Part shown: piece after piece, positions 28,088-37,033 of the stretch
Layout of the letters: each line of letters begins with the position of its first letter
Numbering within the stretch: the stretch's first letter is position 1
Origin: Dehalococcoidia bacterium
GTDB lineage: Bacteria > Chloroflexota > Dehalococcoidia > UBA2979
Reading direction: 5' to 3'
DNA length: 64,000 nucleotides
Assembly: GCA_965204835.1 (NCBI GenBank)
Contig: OZ242017.1
Span: 451,842-515,841, forward strand
Notes under the pieces: generated by a model
The model's input: only the letters and a program-made list of their open reading frames with translations
What the model was told of the DNA's origin: nothing
Database searches by the model: none
Made by a program: the position numbers and the translations under genes

Positions 28088-29841
28088 TCGAACCTCGCGA
28101 ACGGGTCCGTGGTCTGCGCGACCTCGGAGGGGCGCGTGGCCCACGCGGGGTGGGGGAAGCGCAGCAACAGCGGCACCGGGATCTCCGGCTGCGCGAGGAT
28201 CATCGAGCCCGGCTTGAGCAGCGAGGCGCGGGCGCGCGCGGCGGGCGTCAGGAAGCCGTACTCGCCGCGCTGCGCCTCGGCGGCGTCCAGGCGGCCCGCC
28301 ACGCGGTACGCGCAGTTCGCCACCACGCGCGACTCCACCTCGCTGGCCGTCTGCTGCGCGCCGATCAGCACGACGCCGAGCGAGCGGCCGCGCTCGGCGA
28401 TGTCGAGCAGCACGTCCTTGATCGGGCTGCGGCCCTCGCGCGGGGCGTACTTGTTCAGCTCGTCGAGCACGACGAGCATGAGCGGCCGCGGCGAGCCGCT
28501 GGCCTCCTTGCGCTCGAACTCGCGCTTCAGCATCACGCCCACGACGAAGCGCTGCGCGCGGTCGTGCAGGCGGTGGATGTCGACGACCGTGACCTGCGCG
28601 TGGCCCGTGTCGATGGCGTGCGCGGCGTCGTCCTCGGAGGCCTGCCCGCGCACGAGGTGGCCGACGTACGGCTTGGCGGCGTCGAGGCGGCGCAGGAACG
28701 CCTGCACCGTGCCCGCCGCCGCGCGGCCGGCCCACGTCCCGCCCTCTTCGGGGTCGGTCATCAGCCCGATCGCGTCGACGAGCTGGTCGAAGTCCGTGAC
28801 CACCTCGCCGCCGATCTCCACCGTGGGCGCGTCGAGGGGGAGCGAGATGCGCGCGGCGAGCGCGAGCTGCGCCTCCACCTGCTGCACGACGAGGCCGAGC
28901 TGCGAGCGCTCATCGTCGGCGTCGGCGAACAGGAAGCGCAGGTAGCGCTCGGCGCAGAACTCGCGCAGCGTCCAGTAGAAGCCCGTCACGCCCTCCATGC
29001 GCGAACCGGTCTCCGGCGCGGGCGTGCCGCGCCGCGCGGGTGCGTAGAACGAGACGGAACGGAACGGCTCGGCGGGCAGCCCGAGGCGCGCGTAGTCCTC
29101 GCGGTCATCGTCGGCGAGCTGCGAGTTGGGCTTGTCGAGGAACAGCAGGTCCTCGCCCTTCACATTGAAGATCAGCGAGCGCGTGTTGGCGGCCTCGGGG
29201 CCGAGCGTGCCGCTCTCGAACAGCGCGTGGAGCAGGAACATGGCGTACGAGGTCTTGGTCGCGACGCCGGAGATGCCCGAGATGTTGACGTGCGCGCCGC
29301 GCGTCCCGTTGAGGAACTCGAGGTTGGCGTAGACCCGCTCCCCGTCGCGCGAGAGGCCGAACGGGACGCGCTCGGCCATCTGGTCGAAGAACAGCGCGCG
29401 GTCGCGCGCATCGCCGCGCGCGAGCTGGACCGGCTGGCCCGGCCGCGGCGGCACGAAGATCTCGGGCTCGACGCGCGTGACCGAGACATGTGCGGTCACG
29501 GCGGGCTCGGCCGGGAGCAGCCCCTCGCTGGCGAGCGCCACGTCGGAGTCGAAGCGCACGCCCTCCTGCACCGCGCGCACCTCGTCGACCACGCCGTAGA
29601 AGTCGACGGCCTCGGCAGGGCTGCCGGGCGGCAGCGGCGAGCGTGCGTGGACCACGTCGTCGAGCTGGAGGTAGCGGTCGCGGTCGACGAAGACGGAGAA
29701 GCCGAGCGGTGTCGCCGCCGCGTTCTCCATGCCGAGTACGAGCCCGGCGGGCGTCGAGGGGTCCTGTGCCGCCAGGGCGGGCGCCTCGAGCACCTCGGCC
29801 TGCGCCGGCGCGTTGCCGTCCGTGTCGTGGTTCGTGGTCAT
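28084..29841 (-). CDS. HerA/FtsK-class P-loop ATPase (DUF87-like)
   Basis: 585 aa with P-loop GISGVATKTS and Walker B LMLVVLDELNKY. Its start shares 1 nt with the upstream gene's stop (TGATG). Confidence 0.65.
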   Translation of the reverse strand: MTTNHDTDGNAPAQAEVLEAPALAAQDPSTPAGLVLGMENAAATPLGFSVFVDRDRYLQLDDVVHARSPLPPGSPAEAVDFYGVVDEVRAVQEGVRFDSDVALASEGLLPAEPAVTAHVSVTRVEPEIFVPPRPGQPVQLARGDARDRALFFDQMAERVPFGLSRDGERVYANLEFLNGTRGAHVNISGISGVATKTSYAMFLLHALFESGTLGPEAANTRSLIFNVKGEDLLFLDKPNSQLADDDREDYARLGLPAEPFRSVSFYAPARRGTPAPETGSRMEGVTGFYWTLREFCAERYLRFLFADADDERSQLGLVVQQVEAQLALAARISLPLDAPTVEIGGEVVTDFDQLVDAIGLMTDPEEGGTWAGRAAAGTVQAFLRRLDAAKPYVGHLVRGQASEDDAAHAIDTGHAQVTVVDIHRLHDRAQRFVVGVMLKREFERKEASGSPRPLMLVVLDELNKYAPREGRSPIKDVLLDIAERGRSLGVVLIGAQQTASEVESRVVANCAYRVAGRLDAAEAQRGEYGFLTPAARARASLLKPGSMILAQPEIPVPLLLRFPHPAWATRPSEVAQTTDPFARFE

Positions 29842-30842
29842 CAGGAGGCCTCGGCAATCGTGGCGAAGGTGGCGCCGGCCGGATCGAGCGCCGCGGCGAT
29901 GCGGCGGCGGATCCACAGCCGGTCGCCGAGCCGGCGGGTCAGGAGCTGCTCGAGCGCCCCGACGGGCGTCAGGTTCTGGGGCGCGCGCGGGTCACGGATC
30001 GGCGACGACGCGAGTCGAGGCACCACCCGCGCGGTCTGGTCGGCCAGCGCCGCCGCGTCGACCCGCGGCACCGCGCCCGGCGTCTCGAGCCGCACGACGC
30101 CGGCGAGGTGGTGGTACTGCGTGCCCATGTCGGCGATGCGCAGGTACCACGCGAGCCGGTCGCGTTGCCCGCTCTCCTCGGCGATGCGGAATAGCGGCGT
30201 GCGCTCACCCACCGCGAGCTCGCCGAGCAGGGCGAGCCGGTCGGCGCCGAGGTACCAGCGGTGCGTGCGCTTGATGTAGCCCACGACCCGCGGGCCCGGC
30301 GCGCGCAGGCGCAGCGGACCGTCGACGATCGTGAGCGTCGAGGCGTCCTCGGACAGCTCCTCGGCGAGCCGCGCCTCCTCGTCCAGCATCAGCCGGTTGA
30401 GCACGGCGACGAGGTCGGCCGGGGCGCGCGCCCCGGCGGGTGTCTCCGCGCGGAAGTGCAGCGTGGCGGCACCGACCGCGACCGTCCGACCAGCCCCGCC
30501 GTCGCCGGCCTGCAGGTAGCGTCGACGCACGCGCAGCACCCGCTCGTCATCGAGGATCCGCGCGCTCGTGCCCTCGCAGCGCACGGCCCCGACGGCGTAC
30601 GAGCCGAAGAGCCCGAAAGCGATCGCTCCATCCGCGCGGTCGTCGATGGCGTGCGCCTCGACACGCCGCACGCCGTCGACGATCTGCACCGCGGGGAGGG
30701 GCGCAGCATCCGGGCGGATGGCGCGCCAGGCTCCCTCGACATCGGCGTCGACGAGGGACGCGCCGTCGGCGGCGGCAGCGTCGGTCTCGGCCTCGATGCC
30801 GCTGCCGTACTCGGGGGACCAGGGGACGAGGCGAAGCGGCAT
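29841..30842 (-). CDS. NurA-like nuclease candidate; assignment tentative
   Basis: First gene of the coupled four-gene operon. Contains IVDG and TIVDGPL segments reminiscent of NurA DGS motifs. Start taken at Met 64 of ORF 29841..31031. Confidence 0.4.
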   Translation of the reverse strand: MPLRLVPWSPEYGSGIEAETDAAAADGASLVDADVEGAWRAIRPDAAPLPAVQIVDGVRRVEAHAIDDRADGAIAFGLFGSYAVGAVRCEGTSARILDDERVLRVRRRYLQAGDGGAGRTVAVGAATLHFRAETPAGARAPADLVAVLNRLMLDEEARLAEELSEDASTLTIVDGPLRLRAPGPRVVGYIKRTHRWYLGADRLALLGELAVGERTPLFRIAEESGQRDRLAWYLRIADMGTQYHHLAGVVRLETPGAVPRVDAAALADQTARVVPRLASSPIRDPRAPQNLTPVGALEQLLTRRLGDRLWIRRRIAAALDPAGATFATIAEAS

Positions 30843-31211
30843 CGCTGTGGCGGTGGCTCCGGCGGGGAGTGCCTTCCGGCGCAGCGCAGTATACGTCAGT
30901 ACATCCGTACTACGCACGCGATTGAACCCGCTGATGAGCCCGAAGCTCGACCGAGTGGCACCGGAACCGGTAGCGTGGATCCATGGACTCGAGCACAACG
31001 CCCCGGTGCGCACCACAGGACCGTCGCCCACGCGACGCCTCCGGCAACCGCAGCCCCCGTTACCGCCTCGCCGACCTCAGCGTGGGCATGGCGGAGGACG
31101 AGGATCCGCTGGAAGCGTACTCGTGGGAGGACCTCCGCGAGATCATCTACGAGTCACGCGGCGGCTGACGCCCGTACTGCCGCTAGCGCCCCCGCGCCGT
31201 AGGCTCGACCC

Positions 31212-31973
31212 GTGAGCGGCACACCACCATCCGAGCGGCGCGAGGCGCCCGCGGACGTCGAGCGGCTATACGACGCCTCGGCGGACCGGGCCGGGTACGT
31301 GCGGCGCATCTTCGGCGAGATCGCCGGGCGCTACGACCTCATGAACACCATCATGACCGGCGGGCGTCACCACGCGTGGCGCACCGCGACCGCGCGCGCC
31401 CTCGTGCGCCCCGGCGACCGCGTCATCGACGTGGGGTGCGGGACCGGGGACCTCTCGCTGGCGTGCGCCCGCGCCGGCGCGGGCTCGGTGCTCGGCGTCG
31501 ACTTCGCCGCACCGATGCTCCCCATCGCGCGCCGCAAGGCGGGACGCCGAGGAGCGACCGGGGTGGAGTTCGTGCAGGGCGACGGGCTGCGGCTGCCGCT
31601 CGAGGACGGCGCCGCCGACGCATGGTGCGCGGCGTTCGTGATGCGCAACGTGCCGGACGTCGACGGCCTGCTCGCCGAGGCGCACCGTGTGCTGCGGCCG
31701 GGCGGGCGGCTGGCGGTGCTCGACATCCCGCGCATCGAGGGCGGCCTGCTGGCGCCGTTCAAGCGCTTCCACCTCGCCCGCGTGGTGCCGCTGATGGGCC
31801 GGCTGTTCGGCGGCCACAGCGACGCGTATAGCTACCTGCCGGTCTCCGCCGAGCACTTCATGTCGGTCGATGAGCTCTCGGCGCGCCTCGCCCGCTCGGG
31901 GTTCGAGGTCGAACGCGTGCGTACGTTCGGCGTCGGGACCGTAGCGCTGCACCTGGCAGTGCGGTCGGGCTAA
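31212..31973 (+). CDS. ubiE: UbiE/MenG family demethylmenaquinone/ubiquinone C-methyltransferase (class I SAM methyltransferase)
   Basis: YDLMNTIMTGGRHHAWR, SAM motif VIDVGCGTGD and RVLRPGGRLAVLD. Divergent from the nurA-like operon. Confidence 0.75.
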   Translation: MSGTPPSERREAPADVERLYDASADRAGYVRRIFGEIAGRYDLMNTIMTGGRHHAWRTATARALVRPGDRVIDVGCGTGDLSLACARAGAGSVLGVDFAAPMLPIARRKAGRRGATGVEFVQGDGLRLPLEDGAADAWCAAFVMRNVPDVDGLLAEAHRVLRPGGRLAVLDIPRIEGGLLAPFKRFHLARVVPLMGRLFGGHSDAYSYLPVSAEHFMSVDELSARLARSGFEVERVRTFGVGTVALHLAVRSG

Positions 31974-32069
31974 GACCGGGAACGACAGCCAACCGGGAAC
32001 GGGCAAGCAGAAGCCCCCTCGCGAGGAGGGGGCTTCCGTTATGCCCTGGTTTCCGAGCGTAGGCGAGGC

Positions 32070-33383
32070 CTAGTCGGGGGTGGCGCTCCAGATGGTGAAG
32101 TCGCCGCCCTGAGGCATCGGACCACCGGAGATGCCGACGTCGGCCGGAACCCGGATCTGGCGGTCACCCGCGCGGCCCTGGATCTGCTGGATCGTGTCCG
32201 TGTGCATCCAGATGCGCGTGCGGCCACCACCCTGGTTGCCGCCACTGGGCGACACGGGCTTGTCCGACGTGATGCTGATGTCACCCGCGTAGAGGTCGAG
32301 TGCCTCGCCGCGACCGATCCCCGCGAAGCCCAGACCCTCGATGAAGTAGTTGTGGAAGGTCGTGAAACCCTCGTACATGTTCTCGAAGGAGAGGTCGTCG
32401 GCGGTGATGCCGGCGCCGTCGAGCATCTTGCGGCCGGTGGAGTCGGTGGACGCCTCGGCGTTGTCCAGGCCCTGGGTCAGACCGAACTTCGGGCGCGTGG
32501 TCCCGTGGTTCATGATGTAGACCGGCTTCTGGGCCATGTCCTGAGCGCGCTCGGACGTCGTGAAGACGTAGGCCACCGCGACGTGGATGGGCATGTCGTG
32601 GTCGAAGAGGTTCATCGGCTCGACGATCCAGCGAGCGTTGACGTAGTCCTCAACGGTCACCTCGTCGGGGCGGTGCTGTGCGAAGAAGCCCTCAGGGAAC
32701 ATGAGGCCGTTCTTCTTCTCTTCGACGATGAACGGCGCCATCATGTCGTGGGTCTTGCCGTACTTCGCCATGTACTCCTGGAAGGTCCAGCCGTCGCCGG
32801 TGGCGGCGCTGACGCCCCAGGGGTTCCGCCACACGGCCGCGCCCTCAACCAGCGGACGCGCGTTGGCGCCGCCCTGGTAGTAGCGGCCGGGGAAGTTGTG
32901 CCACGCCTTGAGCAGCACGACCGTGTTCGCGAGCCCGCGGCCGATGGCCTCGGCTGCGACACAGATGACGTTCGACATGCAGCCGGGGCCGTACATCGTG
33001 AAGGACACGTTGTCCAGCTCGGGCATGTTGTTGAGGATCCACTCGGAGCTGAGCGCGGCGATGCCGTCGAACGGCTCGACACCGGGCTGGAACTGCGAGA
33101 TCACGTCCTCGGGGAGCGGGTCGCCCTCGGGCCACCACGCGCCGGTCGTGGTCGAGCGGTCGAGGACGAGTCCGTCCACGTCGCTCGGGCTGATGCCGGC
33201 GTCCTCGATGGCGTTGCGGATCGCGACCATGGCCCACGCGCCGATGCTCGTGCTGGCCTGGCCGTCCCAGCGCCGTGCGGTGGGGGAGTGGCCGATGCCG
33301 ACCGCCGCCACCTTGCCGCGGTGCTCCCAGAGACCCGGGTTTTCCTGCGTCCGGTAGAAGTCCGCAGGTGCGTTTTCAGTCAC
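32070..33383 (-). CDS. thiolase-like (SCP-x/Ltp-type) protein
   Basis: 437 aa with the thiolase fold. GTG start with AGGAAGGG 8 nt upstream. Adjacent to a DUF35 OB-fold partner. Confidence 0.8.
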   Translation of the reverse strand: MTENAPADFYRTQENPGLWEHRGKVAAVGIGHSPTARRWDGQASTSIGAWAMVAIRNAIEDAGISPSDVDGLVLDRSTTTGAWWPEGDPLPEDVISQFQPGVEPFDGIAALSSEWILNNMPELDNVSFTMYGPGCMSNVICVAAEAIGRGLANTVVLLKAWHNFPGRYYQGGANARPLVEGAAVWRNPWGVSAATGDGWTFQEYMAKYGKTHDMMAPFIVEEKKNGLMFPEGFFAQHRPDEVTVEDYVNARWIVEPMNLFDHDMPIHVAVAYVFTTSERAQDMAQKPVYIMNHGTTRPKFGLTQGLDNAEASTDSTGRKMLDGAGITADDLSFENMYEGFTTFHNYFIEGLGFAGIGRGEALDLYAGDISITSDKPVSPSGGNQGGGRTRIWMHTDTIQQIQGRAGDRQIRVPADVGISGGPMPQGGDFTIWSATPD

Positions 33384-33438
33384 TTGCTTTGCCCTTCCTG
33401 GGCGTTACGCCCTGGTGTGCTACCTGTCGATCGGGGAG

Positions 33439-33873
33439 CTAGTCCCCGACGACCTCCCACTCGGCGACCTTCTGGCCGTTGGCCGGAGTCTCCTCGAAGA
33501 CGACCCGAACCTCGGCGCCCATGGGGACCTCGCGGACCGGGGTGCCGGGGAGGTGGGACAGGAACAGCGCGTTCTTGTCTTCCCACAGCTCGATCACGGC
33601 GATGTTGAACGGCTGGTCCTCCTGCAGCGAAGCCACAGGCGTGTCGTACATGGTGACGTACGACTGGATGCGGCCGCGGCCGCTGACCTCGTGCCACTCA
33701 AGGGTTCCGTTCGGGCCGCAGCGGCGGCACTCCTCCGCGGGAGGGTGCTGCAGCATGAGCAGGCCGTCGCGCTCGGTGCACTCGTTGCACCGCTGCACCA
33801 CCAGCCGGCCTTCGTTACATGCGTCGAAGAAGGGCTTGGTCAACTCGTCAGGTACTGGGGATTGCTTCGGCAC
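33439..33873 (-). CDS. Zn-ribbon/OB-fold DUF35 family protein (thiolase-like partner)
   Basis: CNECTERDGLLMLQHPPAEECRRC (Zn ribbon) plus the OB fold. The GTG start follows GGAGGA and lies after tRNA-Arg. The 5' part of ORF 33439..34293 overlaps the tRNA and was rejected. Confidence 0.75.
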   Translation of the reverse strand: MPKQSPVPDELTKPFFDACNEGRLVVQRCNECTERDGLLMLQHPPAEECRRCGPNGTLEWHEVSGRGRIQSYVTMYDTPVASLQEDQPFNIAVIELWEDKNALFLSHLPGTPVREVPMGAEVRVVFEETPANGQKVAEWEVVGD

Positions 33874-34082
33874 GTCTCCTCCATTCCTCCAGCGCCACAC
33901 TCTGGCGCCGGCGATCGCTGCTCGCGTAAGCGGAAGCGACGCGACCGCCCCGCCTGCATGTGTGTTTCTACTCCGTTCCGGCGCAGTTGCCAACACCCCG
34001 CCCACGACCAGCGCCCGGCCCCGGCGCCCCGCTGGGCGTCGGCGCTGTGCGGTGTCAGAGGTTTCGATAGATGTGGGGTGAG

Positions 34083-34159
34083 TGGCGCGCCGGGAAGGAT
34101 TCGAACCCTCGACCGTCAGATCCGAAGTCTGATGCTCTGTCCCCTGAGCTACCGGCGCG
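34083..34159 (-). tRNA. tRNA-Arg (anticodon TCG)
   Basis: Reverse-complement cloverleaf: acceptor GCGCCGG/CCGGCGC, anticodon loop CTTCGGA, T-loop TTCGAAT, CCA. Confidence 0.85.
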
Positions 34160-34341
34160 TTCCGGCTTCCAGATTCCCGCCCCCGGGGCCGCGGTGTCAA
34201 CGCAGGCCGGGCCGGCTGCCCGCGCGGCCCAGGCGGGCAGCGCAGACACGACGAAACGCCGCGCGTACGAGACGCGCGACGCCGTTTCGCCATGATCCGG
34301 TTTGAGCGGAGAGCGCCCGGGCGGGTGTGCTCCTCGGAGGC

Positions 34342-34785
34342 CTAGTAGCGGTCGCGGCCTCCGCCGCCGTAGCCACCACGGCCACCGCCACCGCCGCCGC
34401 CGTAGTCGCCACGACCACCGCCGCCGCCGTAGCCACCTCGGCCACCGCCGCCGCCGTAGTCGCCGCGGCCACCGCCGCCGCCGTAGCCACCACCACCGCC
34501 GCCGCGGTAGCCGCCACCGCCGCCGCCGCCGCGACGGTCCTCGCGGGGGCGCGCCTCGTTGACGCGCAGCTGCCGGCCGCCGAAGGTCTGGCCGTCCAGC
34601 CCCTCGATTGCCTTGCGTCCGTCCTCGTCCGACATCTCGACGAAGCCGAAGCCGCGCGGGCGGCCGGTCTCGCGGTCGGTGGGCAGTGCGCACGACACGA
34701 CTTCGCCGTACTGCGCGAACAGCTCACGCACCTCGTCCTCGGTCGACGAGTAAGGGAGATTTCCTACGTAGATCCTCTGAGCCAA
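34342..34785 (-). CDS. RRM-type RNA-binding protein with Gly/Arg/Tyr-rich C-terminal repeats
   Basis: RNP1-like RGFGFVEM and RNP2-like IYVGNL. C-terminal (GGGGGRG[DG]Y) repeats. TTG start 9 nt after AGGAAG. Confidence 0.7.
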   Translation of the reverse strand: MAQRIYVGNLPYSSTEDEVRELFAQYGEVVSCALPTDRETGRPRGFGFVEMSDEDGRKAIEGLDGQTFGGRQLRVNEARPREDRRGGGGGGGYRGGGGGGYGGGGGRGDYGGGGGRGGYGGGGGRGDYGGGGGGGRGGYGGGGRDRY

Positions 34786-35041
34786 CGTCCACAACTTCCT
34801 GGTCCCGGCACGTCCGGGACTGCTACGCCGGCCTGCTGGCCGGCACTTCCTCGATCGCTCTGACTCCGCGTGGGACGTGTTCTCAGGACGCCTTTGGCGT
34901 GATTCGAGCGCACGGAGGATAGCACGGCTCCGGCTTTGCGTATCCCTCCCGGTGGCACAACTTCGCGCTGATCCTTGACAGCCCGCACGCCGATCGCTAG
35001 TGATGGCCCACGGCCCGGCCTTGCAGCGGGAGGGGGCACAC

Positions 35042-35629
35042 ATGAGCGACACCGACTGGGCGCACGCCGAGGACTGGCAGCAGGCCTGGCAACCGCTCAT
35101 CGACGCCATCGGCACGGACTTCAGCCCGGCGGGCAGGAGCGCCATCGACGAGATCGAGCGGGGCGCCATCCGCAAGTACGTCGAACCGCTCGAGATGGAC
35201 TGCCCGATCTTCGTGGACGAGGCCGTGGCGCGTGAGCACGGCTACGAGCGCATCCCCGCTCCCACCAGCGGCATCTCGCAGACATGGATCGAGACCGGCG
35301 TCTGGACCGCGGACCGCGATCGCGCCTGGCCGACGAACGACCGCGACGCGCCGCCCCCACGGGCGCCCGGGCCCGAGGACGCCATCGAGGTCCCCGCGCC
35401 GCCGACGACCGCGGCCTTCGCGACGGACATCGAGATCGAGTACCACAGGGACGCCTACGTCGGTGACCGGCTCACGAACTCCGGCAACCGGCTCATCTCG
35501 TGCCTGCCGAAGCAGACCTCAGTCGGCCGGGGCGCGTTCCAGATCTTCGAGTCGTACGTACACAACCAGGATGGCGAGCTGATCGCCACCGTGCGCCGCG
35601 GCCTCTACTCGTACGTCCCGTTCGAGTAG
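35042..35629 (+). CDS. MaoC-like hotdog protein (N-terminal-type hydratase subunit)
   Basis: 195 aa. GGGAGGGGG precedes the ATG. It pairs with the downstream MaoC dehydratase. Confidence 0.7.
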   Translation: MSDTDWAHAEDWQQAWQPLIDAIGTDFSPAGRSAIDEIERGAIRKYVEPLEMDCPIFVDEAVAREHGYERIPAPTSGISQTWIETGVWTADRDRAWPTNDRDAPPPRAPGPEDAIEVPAPPTTAAFATDIEIEYHRDAYVGDRLTNSGNRLISCLPKQTSVGRGAFQIFESYVHNQDGELIATVRRGLYSYVPFE

Positions 35630-35678
35630 GGCGCGGTACGGCACACACCCAGCAAGCGGACCAGCGCAGGAGGAACCA

Positions 35679-36119
35679 ATGGCGGACTGGACCAGGCAGC
35701 GGACGTGGGACGAGGTCAACGAGGGCGACGAGCTCGACCCCGTCGAGATCCCGATCACGGTGCATCGACTCGTCGTGGAGGCGGGCGCGAACCGCGACTT
35801 CGCGCAGATCCACCACAACACGGAGGTGGCGCAGGCGCAGGGCGCACCGGAGATGTACGCCAACAACGTCTTCATCCAGGGCTGGTGGGAGCGCTGCACG
35901 CGCGAGTTCATCGGCCTCGACGGGCGGATCAGGAAGGTCGGCCCGTTCCGCATGAAGATCTTCAACGTCGTCGGCGAGACCTCGACGACGAAGGGCCGCG
36001 TCACCCGCAAGTGGGAGGACGACGGCGACCACCTGGTCGAGATCGAGATGTGGACGGAGACGCCGAAGGGCGTCTCAGTCGGCCCGGGCCCGGTGGTGGT
36101 CTCACTCCCGAAGGCGTAG
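35679..36119 (+). CDS. MaoC family (R-specific enoyl-CoA) dehydratase
   Basis: 146 aa hotdog-fold protein. GGAGGA is 4 nt before the ATG. Confidence 0.8.
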   Translation: MADWTRQRTWDEVNEGDELDPVEIPITVHRLVVEAGANRDFAQIHHNTEVAQAQGAPEMYANNVFIQGWWERCTREFIGLDGRIRKVGPFRMKIFNVVGETSTTKGRVTRKWEDDGDHLVEIEMWTETPKGVSVGPGPVVVSLPKA

Positions 36120-36193
36120 CACCACGACCACGGTCGAACGCAGCGAGGGGGCCACACGGCCCCCTCGTCGCGTGGTTGCGCCGTCCCTCCGGC

Positions 36194-36553
36194 TCAAGCC
36201 CGGAGGGCGCCGAGCTTCTCGACAAGCGTGGCCACCCGCGAGAGGTTCCGCTCGACGGTCTCGTGGGGAAGCCATCCCTCGTGGAAGTTCGTGTCGAGAA
36301 CGCTCGCGGACCCCATCAGGCTGACCAACTCCCGGTCACCTGTCTCCCGGGCGATGCGCTCAATCGCAACAAAGAGATCGCGATGGGTGCGATGAGGCCA
36401 ACCGCTGGACTCCGCGAAGGCGATCAGCGTACGTGCCGCGGCATCCCACGCGCGGCCTGAGGCCTGTTGCAGATCACCTGACACGAGACAGTCGCGGGCC
36501 TGAGGTAGCAACGCGTCCGTGTCATCGTCGGGACTGCCCGTGAGAATCCGCAT
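36194..36553 (-). CDS. PaREP1/HEPN-like small helical protein (paralog A)
   Basis: 119 aa with DLQQASGRAWDAAARTL...GWPHRTHRDL. Tandem paralog of 36564..36947. Confidence 0.45.
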   Translation of the reverse strand: MRILTGSPDDDTDALLPQARDCLVSGDLQQASGRAWDAAARTLIAFAESSGWPHRTHRDLFVAIERIARETGDRELVSLMGSASVLDTNFHEGWLPHETVERNLSRVATLVEKLGALRA

Positions 36554-36563
36554 CGAGCGGCGC

Positions 36564-36947
36564 CTACTCCGTAAGAGCGTCCAGCTTCTCGACGAGTTCG
36601 GCCACCTGGGTGAGGTACCGGTCCACGGTTTCGGGCGAGAGCCAGCCCTCATAGAAGTTGATGTGCAGCTGACCCGCCGAACCGAACGCCAGCCCGATGT
36701 CGTTATCGCCCGTCTCCTCGACCAGCCCATCGATCGCCGCGTAGAGGTCTCGGTGGCTCTGGTGGCGCCAGCCGCGCGCGTGCGCGACGGCCTTCACCAT
36801 CTGCGCGGCGGCGCCCCACCCCTTCTCGGAGGCCTGCAGCAGGTCCTCCTCGTCGAGGTACGTGCGGGCGCGCTCGAGGAACTCGTGGCCCGTGGCGTGG
36901 TAGCGCGGCGCGTCCGTCGTCATGGGAGGAGTGTACTCGCGCGGCAC
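36564..36947 (-). CDS. PaREP1/HEPN-like small helical protein (paralog B)
   Basis: 127 aa with LLQASEKGWGAAAQMVKAVAHARGWRHQSHRDL. Start uncertain (GTG at 36947 or an internal ATG). Confidence 0.45.
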   Translation of the reverse strand: MPREYTPPMTTDAPRYHATGHEFLERARTYLDEEDLLQASEKGWGAAAQMVKAVAHARGWRHQSHRDLYAAIDGLVEETGDNDIGLAFGSAGQLHINFYEGWLSPETVDRYLTQVAELVEKLDALTE

Positions 36948-37033
36948 TAGTTGTGCACGCCATCACAAGCAGAGGGAGGGGGCCGCGCAGGCCCCCTCCT
37001 CGTGTGCGCTCGCCCGCGCCCGTGGCGCGAGGG

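Noticed and set aside
33874-34293. 5' extension of the DUF35 ORF (33439..34293)
   Set aside because: It would overlap tRNA-Arg(TCG) at 34083..34159. The GTG start at 33873 with an upstream GGAGGA is adopted instead.
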